Assembly: GCA_963813535.1 (NCBI GenBank)
Contig: CAWEZH010000002.1
Coordinates: 1,856,001 to 1,920,000 of the forward strand
Source of the DNA: an uncultured Chloroflexia bacterium
GTDB lineage: Bacteria; Chloroflexota; Limnocylindria; Limnocylindrales; CSP1-4
DNA length: 64,000 nt
Direction: 5' to 3'
In this document: in pieces, positions 28,353-40,631 of the stretch
Layout: every line of letters begins with the position of its first letter
Numbering within the stretch: the stretch's first letter is position 1
Program-made: the position numbers and the translations under genes
Notes under the pieces: model-generated
Seen by the model: only the letters and a program-made list of their open reading frames with translations
What the model was told of the DNA's origin: nothing
The model's database searches: none

Positions 28353-29334
28353 GCGTCTCGACGTCCGCTTCGCCGGGCTCGCCCGTCGACAGCCCGACCC
28401 CCAGCCGCAGAGCCGAGATCACGCCGCCGACCGAGGTGACGAGCAGGATCATCGCGTGGATCAGCAGGGCCATGGCAAACGCCGCATCACGGTCGACCCC
28501 GAACCGCGTGGCGATGCCGACCGCGGTCAGCTCGAACGTCCCGAGGTAGCCCGGGCCTGACGGCACGATCGTCGCGAGGGCCACGCCACTCGACAGGAGA
28601 GCACCCTGCATCGGCGTGATCGCGATCCCGAGTGCGGCGCCGCCGAGGATGAAGGTCAGGATCGAGAACACCCAGGCGACGGCGCTGAAGACGAGCGCGG
28701 AGGCGAGCGTTCGCGGTCGGCTGACGACACCTAGGCCGTCCCGGAGACGCCGGGCGAGGTCGAGCAGCCGGGGGAACCGTTCGGCCATGCGCGTGACCCG
28801 GTCGGCACCGGGCAATCGATGGCTCACGACGGCCAAGGCCAACCCGACGACGAGGATTCCGACGAAGATGGCCCCAAGGACGACCGCGGTCGACACGATG
28901 CCCCCGACCCCGAGCACGATGACCGCGATCGCCGCGAGCCCGACGACGATCACGGTGTCGACGATCCGCTCCACGACGATCGTGCCGAGCACCGTGGTCC
29001 GGCTCACGCCCTCGCCCTCACCGAGAGCGTGGGCACGGACGAGCTCGCCGAGACGAGCCGGCAGGACGTTGTTCGCCAGGTAGCCCACGAACGTGTATCC
29101 GAGCACGTGGAGATAAGGGACGTGGGCGATCGGCGCGAGCAGCGCCTGCCAGCGGGCGCCACGTGCTGCCACGTCCAGGACGACGGTGACGGCCATCAGC
29201 CCGACGATCGCGAGATCCGCCTGGCGCAGCACGTCGGCGGCGGCAGCCACGTCGACCGAGCGCAGCAGGATGTACCCGGCGACGATGCTGATGACGACCC
29301 CGAGCAGGCCCCGCAGCCCGGTGCGGCGGCTCAC
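28321..29334 (-). CDS. Lysylphosphatidylglycerol synthase TM-domain (flippase-like) protein
   Basis: Multi-TM; RWQALL, GYLANNVLPARLGELVR, ERIVD, PSGPGYLGTFE. Confidence 0.92.
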   Translation of the reverse strand: MSRRTGLRGLLGVVISIVAGYILLRSVDVAAAADVLRQADLAIVGLMAVTVVLDVAARGARWQALLAPIAHVPYLHVLGYTFVGYLANNVLPARLGELVRAHALGEGEGVSRTTVLGTIVVERIVDTVIVVGLAAIAVIVLGVGGIVSTAVVLGAIFVGILVVGLALAVVSHRLPGADRVTRMAERFPRLLDLARRLRDGLGVVSRPRTLASALVFSAVAWVFSILTFILGGAALGIAITPMQGALLSSGVALATIVPSGPGYLGTFELTAVGIATRFGVDRDAAFAMALLIHAMILLVTSVGGVISALRLGVGLSTGEPGEADVETPRRLEEPPGP

Positions 29335-30086
29335 GGCCGGCGCGCTGTGAGCTTCTTCGACGTTCGCAGCCGGAGCCGGTGGAGGACGTAGCGAGCCACC
29401 ACGCGAAGCGTCGACAGCCCGTACACGACGCTGCGCTTGAAGCCGACCGAGCTCGCTTCCTCGAAGTACCGGGTCGGGACCGCGATCTCACCGACCCGGT
29501 CCCGCATGCCGGCCGCCACGACCTGTGCGATGAGCTCCTGGTCGAACACGAAGTCGTCGCTGTTGGCGTGGTACGGGATCGTCTCGAGCAGCTGCCGGCT
29601 ATAGGCCCGGAGGCCCGTGTGGTACTCCGACAGGCGCAGCCCGAAAGCGAGGTTCTCGACAAGAGTCAGGAAGCGGTTGGCGACGTACTTCCACGTCGGC
29701 ATACCACCAGCCAGCGGGTCGCCCATGAAGCGGCTGCCGAGCATCAGGTCGCGCCGCCCGGTAGCGATGGGCTCGACCAGGGCGGGGATCCGCGTCGCGT
29801 CGTACTGATAGTCGGGATGGAGCATCACGACGATGTCGGCACCGGCCTCCAGGGCCGCGTCATAGCACGTCTTCTGGTTCCCGCCGTAGCCGCGGTTCTG
29901 GGCGTGGATGATCACCTCGAGGCCGAGCTGGCGGGCGATGTCGACGGTCTCGTCACCGGACACGTCATCGACGAGGATGATCCGGTCGATAAGGTCGTGC
30001 GGGATATCGGCGTACGTGCGCTCGAGCGTGCGGGCGGCGTTGTACGCGGGCATGACGATGACGATCCGCGGATCGGGTTGGGCCAC
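29331..30086 (-). CDS. Glycosyltransferase family 2 (polyprenol-phosphate glycosyltransferase-like)
   Basis: [34 protein letters not shown]. Confidence 0.94.
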   Translation of the reverse strand: MAQPDPRIVIVMPAYNAARTLERTYADIPHDLIDRIILVDDVSGDETVDIARQLGLEVIIHAQNRGYGGNQKTCYDAALEAGADIVVMLHPDYQYDATRIPALVEPIATGRRDLMLGSRFMGDPLAGGMPTWKYVANRFLTLVENLAFGLRLSEYHTGLRAYSRQLLETIPYHANSDDFVFDQELIAQVVAAGMRDRVGEIAVPTRYFEEASSVGFKRSVVYGLSTLRVVARYVLHRLRLRTSKKLTARRP

Positions 30087-30198
30087 GGCGCGAAGGGTAG
30101 CGGGTTCGCTCCTCCCTGAGCGGGGCAGGTCACCGGATCGTCACCGACGGTGTGCGACCATTGCCCCTCGCAGAAGCCCACGGAAGGATCCTCGTCCC

Positions 30199-30801
30199 AT
30201 GTTCGATCGCCTCTTCGGCAACACCGCCGTCGACCCCGCCACCGCCGAACGGATCCCGCCCGGCCAGTACCGGACCGAGAAGTTCCCGGTGCTGCACTAC
30301 GGCTCGGTGCCGAAGATCGACCTGGCGACGTGGGACTTCAAGGTGTGGGGCGAGGTCGACGCGCCGTTCACGCTGACGTGGGAGCAATTCAAGGAGCTGC
30401 CACGCAAGACGGTGGGTACCGATATCCACTGCGTGACCCGATGGTCGAAGCTCGATACGACCTGGGAGGGCGTGCCGATCCAGAAGATCCTCGAGCTGGC
30501 CCAGGTCCGGCCGTCGGCGACGCACGTCGTGAGCCACGCCGAGCAGGGCTACACGGCGAACCTGCCGCTCGAGGTCCTCGATGACGACGACGTCCTCCTG
30601 GCCGACACGTTCGACGGCCAGCCGCTCGAGCCGGAGCATGGCTATCCGCTCCGGCTGCTCGTCCCGAAGCGGTACTTCTGGAAGAGCTCCAAGTGGATCC
30701 GCGGCCTCGAGTTCCTCGACCATGACCAGCTCGGGTTCTGGGAGCGCTACGGCTACAACAACGACGCCGATCCCTGGAAGGAAGAGCGCTTCAGCGACTA
30801 G
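30199..30801 (+). CDS. Sulfite oxidase-like molybdopterin oxidoreductase (YuiH-like)
   Basis: [13 protein letters not shown] (Mo-ligand Cys), [18 protein letters not shown]. Confidence 0.93.
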   Translation: MFDRLFGNTAVDPATAERIPPGQYRTEKFPVLHYGSVPKIDLATWDFKVWGEVDAPFTLTWEQFKELPRKTVGTDIHCVTRWSKLDTTWEGVPIQKILELAQVRPSATHVVSHAEQGYTANLPLEVLDDDDVLLADTFDGQPLEPEHGYPLRLLVPKRYFWKSSKWIRGLEFLDHDQLGFWERYGYNNDADPWKEERFSD

Positions 30802-30815
30802 CGCCCAGACCTGGG

Positions 30816-32861
30816 TCAGACCGCCTCCGCCAACGCCTCCGAGAACTGGCTCGCATACAGCTCGGCGTAGAAGCCCCCGCGGGCGAGCAGCGACGCGTGG
30901 TCCCCCTGTTCGACGATCTGGCCGCGATCCATGACGAGGATCGTGTGGGCGTCGCGGATCGTCGAGAGTCGGTGCGCGATCACGAACGCGGTTCGTCCAT
31001 GGCGCAGGCGACCCATCGCTCGCTGGATCAGGACTTCGGTACGCGTGTCGACCGAGCTCGTCGCCTCATCCAGGATGAGGATCGGTGGGTCGGCGAGGAA
31101 CGCGCGGGCGATCGTCAGCAGCTGTTTCTCACCGGTCGATACCGCGGTCGCATCGTCGTCGATCACGGTGTCGTATCCGTCGGGTAGCGTGCGGACGAAG
31201 TGGTCGACATGGGCCGCTTCGGCTGCGGCGATGATCTCGGCCTCGGTCGCGTCAAGGCGGCCGTACGCGATGTTCTCGCGGATCGTGCCGTGGAACAGCC
31301 ACGTGTCCTGGAGGACCATCCCGAACGACCGCCGCAGGTCGTCGCGCGTCATGGCCCGGGTGTCGACTCCGTCGACCGTGATGCGCCCGCCGTCGAGCTC
31401 GTAGAACCGCATCAGCAGGTTGACGAGCGTGGTCTTGCCCGCCCCGGTCGGACCCACGATGGCCACGGTCATGCCAGCCTCGACATCGAGATCGAGGCCC
31501 TCGATGAGCGGGCGGTCAGGCTCGTAGCGGAACGAGACGTCCTCGAACGCGACCGAGCCCGCGACGCGCTCGATGACCGCGGGTGACACCGGGTCGGGGA
31601 TCTCCTCGGGCTCGTCGAGCAGCTCGAAGACGCGCTCGGCCGAGGCGACTGCCGACTGGAGCACGTTGACGATGCTGGCGACCTGGATGATCGGGAAGGT
31701 GAACTGGCGCGAGTACTGGATGAACGCGACCACGTCGCCGAGGCTCAGCTGGCCGCTCGCGACGCGCAATCCACCGATCACAGCGATCGCGACATAGTTG
31801 AGGTTCGAGATGAAGGCCATCGCGGGCTGGATGATCCCGGAGATGAACTGGGCCTTGTAGCTGGCCTGGTAGAGGACCTCGTTCTCGGCATCGAACGTCT
31901 CGATCGCCTCGCGCTGGCGACCGAACACCTTGACGATGGCGTGGCCGGTGTGCATCTCCTCGACGTGCCCGTTCAAAGCGCCGGTCGAGGCCCATTGCGC
32001 CACGAACTGGCGTTGCGAGCGCCGGATGATGAGGACCGTCACGACCATGGAGGCCGGGACGGCGAGCAGCGAGACGACGGCGAGGATCGGGCTGATCGAC
32101 ACCATCAGGATCAGCACGCCGATGATCGTGAGCAGTGACGTGATCAGCTGCGTCAGGCTCTGCTGGAGCGACTGCCCGATGTTGTCGATGTCATTGGTGA
32201 CGCGGCTGAGCAGATCGCCGCGAGGCCGCGAATCGAAGGTCCGTAGCGGTAACCGTCCGAGCTTCGCGTCGACATCGGCGCGGAGCCGCAGCACCGTTCG
32301 CTGCGTGACCCCGGTCATGACGTAGGCCTGCATCCAGGCGAACAGCGAACTGAGCACGTACACCGCGACAAGGATCAGCACGATCCGGCCGAGCGCCTCG
32401 AAGTCGATCCCGCTGCCGGGCGTCAACGACATGTGGGACAGCATCTCGGCCTGCTGGGCCTGGCCCTGCGCCTGGAGGCCGGCGACGACCTGCTCCGTCG
32501 TCACGCCGGCGGGCAACTGGGCACTGATGGCGCCCTCGAAGATCAGGTTGATCGCATCACCGAGGATGCGCGGCCCAAGGACGGCAAAGGTGACGCTGAC
32601 CACCGCGAGGACGATGACAACGGCCACCAGCGGAGCCTCGGGCCGCAGCCCGCCGAGCAGGCGGCGGAGCGAACCGCCGAAATCACGGGCCTTGGCGGGC
32701 GGCAGGCCCATGCCCATGCCCATCATCATCCCGCCCCGAGCGCCGGGGGCAGGTCGACCGCCGGGGCCCCCTGCCGGACCTCCGGCCGCGGGACCCCCGC
32801 CCGCCGGGGCCCCGCCTGTGGGACTTCCGCTCGCCGGACCTCCGCCGAGACGCCCGCTCAT
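30816..32861 (-). CDS. ABC exporter half-transporter, consensus-site partner (TM288-like)
   Basis: Own ATG 32861 in an ATGA overlap; GPTGAGKT, LDEATSSVD, IAHRLS; degenerate signature VSTGEKQ. Confidence 0.9.
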   Translation of the reverse strand: MSGRLGGGPASGSPTGGAPAGGGPAAGGPAGGPGGRPAPGARGGMMMGMGMGLPPAKARDFGGSLRRLLGGLRPEAPLVAVVIVLAVVSVTFAVLGPRILGDAINLIFEGAISAQLPAGVTTEQVVAGLQAQGQAQQAEMLSHMSLTPGSGIDFEALGRIVLILVAVYVLSSLFAWMQAYVMTGVTQRTVLRLRADVDAKLGRLPLRTFDSRPRGDLLSRVTNDIDNIGQSLQQSLTQLITSLLTIIGVLILMVSISPILAVVSLLAVPASMVVTVLIIRRSQRQFVAQWASTGALNGHVEEMHTGHAIVKVFGRQREAIETFDAENEVLYQASYKAQFISGIIQPAMAFISNLNYVAIAVIGGLRVASGQLSLGDVVAFIQYSRQFTFPIIQVASIVNVLQSAVASAERVFELLDEPEEIPDPVSPAVIERVAGSVAFEDVSFRYEPDRPLIEGLDLDVEAGMTVAIVGPTGAGKTTLVNLLMRFYELDGGRITVDGVDTRAMTRDDLRRSFGMVLQDTWLFHGTIRENIAYGRLDATEAEIIAAAEAAHVDHFVRTLPDGYDTVIDDDATAVSTGEKQLLTIARAFLADPPILILDEATSSVDTRTEVLIQRAMGRLRHGRTAFVIAHRLSTIRDAHTILVMDRGQIVEQGDHASLLARGGFYAELYASQFSEALAEAV

Positions 32862-34598
32862 GCGGCGGCCTCCGCCTCGGACAGCTGCGAGTACACGATC
32901 TCCCGATAGGTCTCGTTCGAATTCGAGCAGCTCGTCGTGCTTGCCCATGCCGACGATCCGCCCGCCGTCCATCACGATGATCCGGTCGGCCCGCATGATC
33001 GTCGCTACGCGCTGGGCCACGATGATCACGGTGGCGCGTTCGAGCTCACCGGCGAGTGCCGCGCGCAGGCGCGCATCGGTCGCGACGTCGAGGGCCGAGA
33101 AGCTGTCGTCGAAGACGACGATGTCGGCGGCGCGCACGATCGCCCGGGCGATCGCCAGCCGCTGGCGCTGACCGCCGGAGACGTTCGTGCCGCCTTGTGC
33201 GATTGGTGACTCCAGCCCGGCGGGCATCTCGGCCACGAAGTCACGGGCCTGGGCCGTGGTCAATGCGCGCCACAGAGCCTCGTCGGACGCGTCCGCGTCC
33301 CCGAACCGCAGGTTGCTGGCAACGGTGCCGCCGAAGAGGAATGCCTTCTGCGGGACGAGCGCGATGCGCTTCCACAGGGCGTCGCGGTCCTGGTCGCGCA
33401 CGTCCACGCCGTCGACGAGCAGGGTTCCCGCCGTGATGTCGTAGAAGCGCGGGATGAGGTTGATCAAGGTGGTCTTGCCCGATCCGGTACTGCCGACGAT
33501 GGCCGTCGTCTCACCCGGCGCGGCCGTGAACGACAGATCGCGGAGCACCGGGTCCTCGGCACCGGGATACCGGAACTCGACGCCCCGGAACTCCACGACC
33601 CCACGCTGGTCGGGGTCCGATGGGACGACCGGCGAGTCGGGGTCGTGGATCATCGGCTGGGTCGCGAGGACCTCGTTGATGCGTCCAGAGGAGACAGCCG
33701 CTCGCGGGATCAGGATGAACATGAACACGGCGGTCAGGACCGCGAAGAGGATCTGGGTCAGGTACTGCAGAAAGGCTGTCAGGCTGCCGATCTGCATCGC
33801 GCCCTCGGCCACCCGCATCGCGCCGAACCACACGACGGCGACGGTGGAGAGGTTGAGGATCGCGGTCATGATCGGGATCGTCACCGCGAACAGCCGGCCG
33901 ACCCGCAGGGTCGTGTCGTACAGGTCGCGGCTCGCGACGTCGAAGCGCTCTTCCTCGTGACGCGTCCTGACGAATGCGCGGATGACCCGCACGCCGGCAA
34001 GCGTCTCGCGCATTACCTGGTTGATCCGGTCGATCATGGCCTGGGTCGCCTGGAACAACGGGATCGCGCGTGACATCACGAGCCCGATCACGAGCGCCAT
34101 CAAGGGCAGGACGACGACGAGCAGCCCCGATAGAGCGACGTCGGTCCGGAGCGCCATGATGATCCCGCCGACGATGAGGAGAGGTGCGGACACGATCACC
34201 GTCAGACCCAGGAACACGACGATGAGGACCTGCTGGACGTCGTTCGTGTTGCGCGTGATCAACGACGCTGGACCGAAGGTGTTGACCTCGACCTGCGAGA
34301 ACGTCTCGACCTTGGCGAAGATCGCCCGCCGGACGTCGCGCCCGAAGCCCATGGCGATCCGGGCACTCAGGTAGACCCCGATCACGGCCGCGATGCCGAG
34401 CACCGCCGTGACGAGCAGCATCAGCCCGCCGACCCGGAGGATGTAGTCGGTATCGCCCTTCACGACGCCGTTGTCGATGATGTCGGCATTGAGGACCGGC
34501 AGGTAAAGGTTCCCGAGGGCTTGCACGAGGAGCAGCACGAGCACGACGGCGATCTGCGCCGCATACGGTCGAAGGAACCGCCGGAACAAGGTGATCAC
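32858..34598 (-). CDS. ABC exporter half-transporter, degenerate-site partner (TM287-like), with an apparent +1 frameshift at 32920-32921
   Basis: GSTGSGKT, SGGQRQR, FDDSFSALD, VAQR. Removing one T gives the typical end LLESNETYREIVYSQLSEAEAAA-stop. Confidence 0.88.
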
Positions 34599-35104
34599 GG
34601 TCGATCACTCCCACCGGTCGTCGCAGCCGCCGCGGCCATCTCGAGCATCTCGGTCCGGACTCGGCGCAGGGCTCGCAATCCGACGAGGAAGCTCTCGAGC
34701 TCGTCGTCGGTCATCCGGTCGAGTAGCGGCTCGAGGTCCTTCCGGCGCTCCACAGCCATCTCGGTGAACACCGCAGCGCCGGCATCGGTCGTGTAGACGA
34801 GGACCACGCGCCGATCGCCTGGCTCGCGCCGGCGCCCCACGAGGCCGCGGTCCTCCATCCGGTCGATGATCCCGGTCAGGCTCGCGACCGACACGTCCAG
34901 CGCGTCGGCGAGCTTGGACATGGGCATGGGGCCGTGGGCTTCGAGGACGGTCAGGACGTGCAGGTGGACGAGGCTGAGCGAACCGCGCAGCCACTGCCGG
35001 AAGGCGCCGGCACGCTCCCGCGGCCCCCATGCGGTCAGCTCGTCGAGCAGGTCGTCGACCGTCCGCCGACGGACGGACCGTCGGGGGTTTTTATTCAATG
35101 GCAC
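34595..35104 (-). CDS. MarR-family transcriptional regulator
   Basis: MSKLADALDVSVASLTGIIDRMEDRGLV..DRRVVLV..T..G; its stop overlaps the ABC start. Confidence 0.92.
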   Translation of the reverse strand: MPLNKNPRRSVRRRTVDDLLDELTAWGPRERAGAFRQWLRGSLSLVHLHVLTVLEAHGPMPMSKLADALDVSVASLTGIIDRMEDRGLVGRRREPGDRRVVLVYTTDAGAAVFTEMAVERRKDLEPLLDRMTDDELESFLVGLRALRRVRTEMLEMAAAAATTGGSDRP

Positions 35105-35140
35105 ATTGACAATCTATGTCAGATGTACCGTTCTAGTCAA
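35095..35140 (-). promoter_or_regulatory. marR promoter with palindromic operators
   Basis: TTGACT (35140-35135)-N18-TAGATT (35116-35111)-N6-GTG; palindromes TGACA-N5-TGTCA (35107-35121) and TCAATG-N3-CATTGA (35095-35109) in an AT-rich patch. Confidence 0.7.
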
Positions 35141-35160
35141 CCGCCGCCGCGGGCAGGGTG

Positions 35161-35940
35161 TCAGCTCCGGCGGGCGCCGCCGATCGTCGCTGGATCGGGC
35201 GTGAAGTAGCGCATCCGGCGCCCGAGCAGGAGCACCTCGCGCTCGAGCAAGGCGACCAACCCGTCGAGGCGCTCGACGGTCGTGCGCGCCTCGAGCAAGG
35301 CCTGGCGGCGCGGCAGCTCGACCTGGACGATGCCGGACAGCAGGTAGGACAGGACCGTCGGATCGTCGGGGATGTCCAGATCGTGCCGGCTCGGCCTGTC
35401 GGTGTCTGTCATGAGCTGGGGTTCGGCCGTCGCGAGTGGGTCGGCGTCCGGATCCGGCTCGCCGACCGTGGCTTCGATCTCGACGCGGATGTCGAGGAGC
35501 TCCGATGACTCGCCGTCCCTCGCACGCATCAGATCGAGGTAGCGGACGAAGCGACGGATGGCACGCGCAGCCAATCGCTCGGCCCGCAGCTCGTCACCGA
35601 CTTCGTCGTCGAGTGGTGTGACATCGGCCAGCAGGTAGGGCTCGCGCTGCGCATCGACGGACTCGATCGCGAACCGACCCGTCGCCGCGGCCAGCAGGTC
35701 GAACCGCCCGTCCGGATAGCGGCCCGCCTCGCGGATCTCGGCGAAGGCGCCGACACCGGCGAGCGTCGCGACGCCCTTCGTGCCGACCTCCCGACCATCA
35801 CGGATCAGGACGACGCCGAATGGCTGGCCCGTGTCGAGGCAATGCTGGGTCATCGCCTGGTAGCGGTCTTCGAAGATATGGAGGGGCAGGACGATGCCGG
35901 GGCACAGGACCTGGTGCAGCGGGAAGAGCGGGATCTCCAT
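35161..35940 (-). CDS. LON peptidase substrate-binding domain protein
   Basis: MEIPLFPL..PGIVLPLHIFEDRY, FGVVLI, DGRF, RQALLEA. Confidence 0.92.
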   Translation of the reverse strand: MEIPLFPLHQVLCPGIVLPLHIFEDRYQAMTQHCLDTGQPFGVVLIRDGREVGTKGVATLAGVGAFAEIREAGRYPDGRFDLLAAATGRFAIESVDAQREPYLLADVTPLDDEVGDELRAERLAARAIRRFVRYLDLMRARDGESSELLDIRVEIEATVGEPDPDADPLATAEPQLMTDTDRPSRHDLDIPDDPTVLSYLLSGIVQVELPRRQALLEARTTVERLDGLVALLEREVLLLGRRMRYFTPDPATIGGARRS

Positions 35941-35952
35941 CGCCGCCCGAGT

Positions 35953-37554
35953 CTATCCGGGTTCCGGCCCGAGGGCCGTCCGGCCCACGGCGGGCTTGCG
36001 GAACGACAGCCGACGGCGCGACGCGCCCTCGGCGACGCGTCCGGTGGCGGCCTCGTTGTCGATGACGTCGTCGGGGTCGAACAGGTGGTAGCGGCCCTTG
36101 CCCTGTGCCTTGGCGCGATACATCGCGATGTCCGCCTGGCCCATCAGGGCGTCAGCGCCGGTCGTCCCCAGCGTATCAAGCGCGATACCGATGCTCGCGC
36201 CGGCGGCGACGGGTTCGCCGGCGATCTCGATCGGCCGCTCGAGCGACACGAGCAGGCGCGACGCCGTGTCGACGGCCTCGGACACGTCCCCGACATCGGT
36301 GAGCAGGATGCCGAACTCGTCACCGCCCAGGCGTGCCGCGACATCGGTCGGCCGGACACCGCTCCGGATCCGGTCGGCGACAGCCGCCAGGAGATCGTCA
36401 CCGGCCGCGTGGCCGAGGCCATCGTTAACGGTCTTGAAGTCGTCGAGGTCCAGGAACAGCACAGCGAGTGATCCGGGCGTCCTGCGCACGGCGAGTGCCG
36501 CCGTGGTCGCCTCGACGAACCGGCGACGGTTGGCGAGCTCGGTCAGTGGGTCGTGGTAGGCCTGATAGGTCAGCCGTGCCTCCAGGACGCGACGCGCTGC
36601 AACGTCACGCTCGAGCAGACCGACGAGACCGGCCAGTCGCATCAATACGAGCAGCGAGAGCAGCGCGGTCCCGGCCGCCACGACCATGAGCGTGCCATCG
36701 CCCTGCGGGCCAAGCGTGACGAGGAACGGGCCTGTGATCATCGCCGCCGCGAGGCAGACCAGGCGCACGGGTCCCAGCCATGTGACGACGACAGGGTGCG
36801 GATCGGTGAGACGGCGCATCGACGGATGGAGCGCAGATGCTCCGAACAGCAGGTAGGCCATGAGATAGAGGGAATCGATCCAGCCGCCGCTGACATACGA
36901 CCCCTCGAGCGTCTGAAGCGCGTAGATCTGATCGGCGACCAGCAGGAGCACGAGATTGGCGCCGAGCAGCCGGAACGAGACGGTCCGGGCACCGGGCGTC
37001 GTCAGCAGGCCCATCGCCACGCCGATGAGGAGCAGGTCCGCGAGCGGGTAGGCGAGGCTGATGGCAAGGCTGAGCGGGTCGAGATCGGTCGCCACGACCT
37101 GCGGCTGGATCAGGAAGGTCCAGGACAGGATCGCGACGGCTGTCGTGAGGATCGCCGCATCGACCAGCCCGCCGCGGTCGCCACCGGCGAGCCGACGACG
37201 GATCAGCTGCAACAGGCCAAGGGCGATGAACGGGTAGCCGGCGAGGTACAGGACGTCGGCGATCGATGGGAACGGGTCCTCTCCGATGATCTCGAACCAG
37301 TTCCAGACGAGATCGCCGGCCACGAACAGGGCCTGCCCGAATGCCATGAGGAGCCACGGGGCGACCCGCTCCGGCCGGTGGCGGCGGACACCGAGAAGGA
37401 CCATGGCGATCGCAGACGCGCCGATCGCGTCGTACAGGAAGCTCTGGGGCAGCGATCCGGTCTCGAGCAGCGTGTGCACGACGAGCGCGAACGCACCGGC
37501 AGCGAGATACGCCACCCATGTCGGGATGCGCGGGGATGAACGGCGGTCGGACAT
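35953..37554 (-). CDS. Multi-TM diguanylate cyclase (GGDEF)
   Basis: About 9-10 TM segments, HDPLTELANR, DLDDFKTVND, RPTD I-site, RLGGDEF, ASIG. Confidence 0.93.
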   Translation of the reverse strand: MSDRRSSPRIPTWVAYLAAGAFALVVHTLLETGSLPQSFLYDAIGASAIAMVLLGVRRHRPERVAPWLLMAFGQALFVAGDLVWNWFEIIGEDPFPSIADVLYLAGYPFIALGLLQLIRRRLAGGDRGGLVDAAILTTAVAILSWTFLIQPQVVATDLDPLSLAISLAYPLADLLLIGVAMGLLTTPGARTVSFRLLGANLVLLLVADQIYALQTLEGSYVSGGWIDSLYLMAYLLFGASALHPSMRRLTDPHPVVVTWLGPVRLVCLAAAMITGPFLVTLGPQGDGTLMVVAAGTALLSLLVLMRLAGLVGLLERDVAARRVLEARLTYQAYHDPLTELANRRRFVEATTAALAVRRTPGSLAVLFLDLDDFKTVNDGLGHAAGDDLLAAVADRIRSGVRPTDVAARLGGDEFGILLTDVGDVSEAVDTASRLLVSLERPIEIAGEPVAAGASIGIALDTLGTTGADALMGQADIAMYRAKAQGKGRYHLFDPDDVIDNEAATGRVAEGASRRRLSFRKPAVGRTALGPEPG

Positions 37555-37655
37555 CGGTTCGATGGACAGTGTCGGTACCGTCGTCCGTAGCGCCCATGAC
37601 CCGACCGTACCGGCCACGATGGGACGCCCAGCCGAACGCGGTCCCGGAAACGACG

Positions 37656-37679
37656 AAGCCGCCGGTCGCCCGGCGGCTT
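37656..37679. terminator. Intrinsic terminator-like hairpin downstream of iscA
   Basis: AAGCCGCCGG-TCGC-CCGGCGGCTT, a perfect 10-bp stem. Confidence 0.65.
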
Positions 37680-37710
37680 TCGTTCAGCTGGTCAGTGCCT
37701 CAGGCGATGG

Positions 37711-38118
37711 TCAATGCGCGCAGCCGCGCGGTGCACCCTCATCGTCGGCGGTCCGGAAGCTGGAGCCGCAGCCGCACGCTGCGACCGCGTTGGGATTGTT
37801 CACCGTGAAGCCGGCGCCCATCAGGGTGTCGACATAGTCGATCTCCGAGCCCTGCAGCAACGAGATGCTCTGACCGTCGACGTAGACCTTGATCCCACTC
37901 ACATCGAGGACGTTGTCCTCGGGCGTGGGCGCGTCCTCGAGCATCATCCCGTACCGGAAACCGGAGCAACCGCCGGAATACACGTACACCCGCAGACCGA
38001 TATCGGGATTGGTCTCTTCCTTGGTCAGCTCGCTGAGCTTCGCGACCGCGGCGTCGGAGAGGGATACGACCGTGCCCGGCGGGGTCGGCTCGATGACCAT
38101 CGGCTGCTGGTCGATCAT
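37711..38118 (-). CDS. iscA: A-type Fe-S carrier (IscA/ErpA/HesB)
   Basis: GGCSG..Y, NPNAVAACGCGSSF; AAGGAGG SD. Confidence 0.93.
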   Translation of the reverse strand: MIDQQPMVIEPTPPGTVVSLSDAAVAKLSELTKEETNPDIGLRVYVYSGGCSGFRYGMMLEDAPTPEDNVLDVSGIKVYVDGQSISLLQGSEIDYVDTLMGAGFTVNNPNAVAACGCGSSFRTADDEGAPRGCAH

Positions 38119-38257
38119 GTGTCGGTTCGTCCTCCTTGGACGCGAGATCGGCTGTTCGGGCGCCGCGGTGGCGGTGAATGATCCCATCGTACGCAGCGCA
38201 ACAGGTTTCGACAAGCGTGCCGCCGAAATCCGATGGTCCTGTCGGGCGACAGTGTCG

Positions 38258-39496
<1,239 letters not shown>

Positions 39497-39566
39497 GCGG
39501 CCGATCGTAACGGCTCCCTCGCGTCCCGGTCGTCCGGCCGTCGATCCGGCCGACGCGGACCCATCG

Positions 39567-40631
39567 TCAGATCGTCGAGAGGAATCGCTCCGGATAGGCG
39601 ACGCCCAGGCGCAACGCGGTGACGATGTCGGCGCGCGGAGCGACGTCCTCGTCGATCGCGAAGCGCACCTCGTCCACGATGGCCGCTTCGATCCGCTTGC
39701 GGATCTGGTCCGAACCGAGCCCCCGGGCCGGGCCTTCGTCGAACTCCGCGTCGACGGACCCGCGGCGACCGTCGTCATACCGGTAGAACCCGCCGCCGGA
39801 CTTGCGGCCGAGGCGACCGGCGGCGACCAACCGTTCCTGGATCGGCGAGGGTGTGAGCCGCTCCGGACGACCGAGCCCCTCCCACACCCCCCGCGCCGCA
39901 GCGAGGTTGACGTCGAGGCCCGCCAGATCCATGACTTCGAACGGCCCCATCGGGAACCCGCCCGCGCGCATCGCCTCGTCGATCGCGCTGACACTCGCCG
40001 CGCCCTCTTCGAGGATCCGCAGCGCCTCGATCGTGAACGGGCGATTGACGCGGTTGACGATGAACCCCGGCCGGTCGGCACTCCGGATCGGCGTCTTGCC
40101 CCACTCCCGGACGATCGCCTCGGCGGTCTCGGCGGTGGACTGGGAGGTCTTCACCCCGGGCACGACCTCCACGAGCGGCATCAACGGCACGGGATTGAAG
40201 AAATGCAGCCCGACCACGCGCTCCGCGTGCACCGTCGATCCGGCGATGTCCGTGATCGACAACGCGCTCGTGTTGCTCGCGAGGATGACATCGGGCGCGG
40301 CCTCGGCATCGAGCGCCCGGAAGATCGTCCCCTTGAGCTCGACGTCCTCCAGCGCGGCCTCGACGATCAGCGCCGCCTCGGTCGCCAGCCCGTCGAGCGT
40401 GTGGGCGTGGCGGAGCTTGTCCATGCGGCCATCTGCCCACTCGTCGATCGAGTCGGCATCGAGGTCGAGCTTGGCGGCCCGTCGGGCGAGGCCGTCGCGG
40501 ATCCGCTCGGCTGCCCGCGCGATGGCGTCCTCGTCGACGTCGTGCAGGACGACCTCCCAGCCGGCCTCGAGGGCGACCTGCCCGATGCCGGCACCCATCA
40601 CGCCGGCCCCGACGATCCCGACGATCGTCAC
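39567..40631 (-). CDS. paaH: 3-hydroxyacyl-CoA dehydrogenase (PaaH-like)
   Basis: [40 protein letters not shown]. Confidence 0.9.
   Translation of the reverse strand: MTIVGIVGAGVMGAGIGQVALEAGWEVVLHDVDEDAIARAAERIRDGLARRAAKLDLDADSIDEWADGRMDKLRHAHTLDGLATEAALIVEAALEDVELKGTIFRALDAEAAPDVILASNTSALSITDIAGSTVHAERVVGLHFFNPVPLMPLVEVVPGVKTSQSTAETAEAIVREWGKTPIRSADRPGFIVNRVNRPFTIEALRILEEGAASVSAIDEAMRAGGFPMGPFEVMDLAGLDVNLAAARGVWEGLGRPERLTPSPIQERLVAAGRLGRKSGGGFYRYDDGRRGSVDAEFDEGPARGLGSDQIRKRIEAAIVDEVRFAIDEDVAPRADIVTALRLGVAYPERFLSTI

Noticed and set aside
30816-34598. 1260-aa fused full-length ABC transporter in the ORF track
   Set aside because: One extra T at 32920-32921 explains it. The corrected first half ends in a typical YREIVYSQL tail with TGA overlapping the second gene's ATG.
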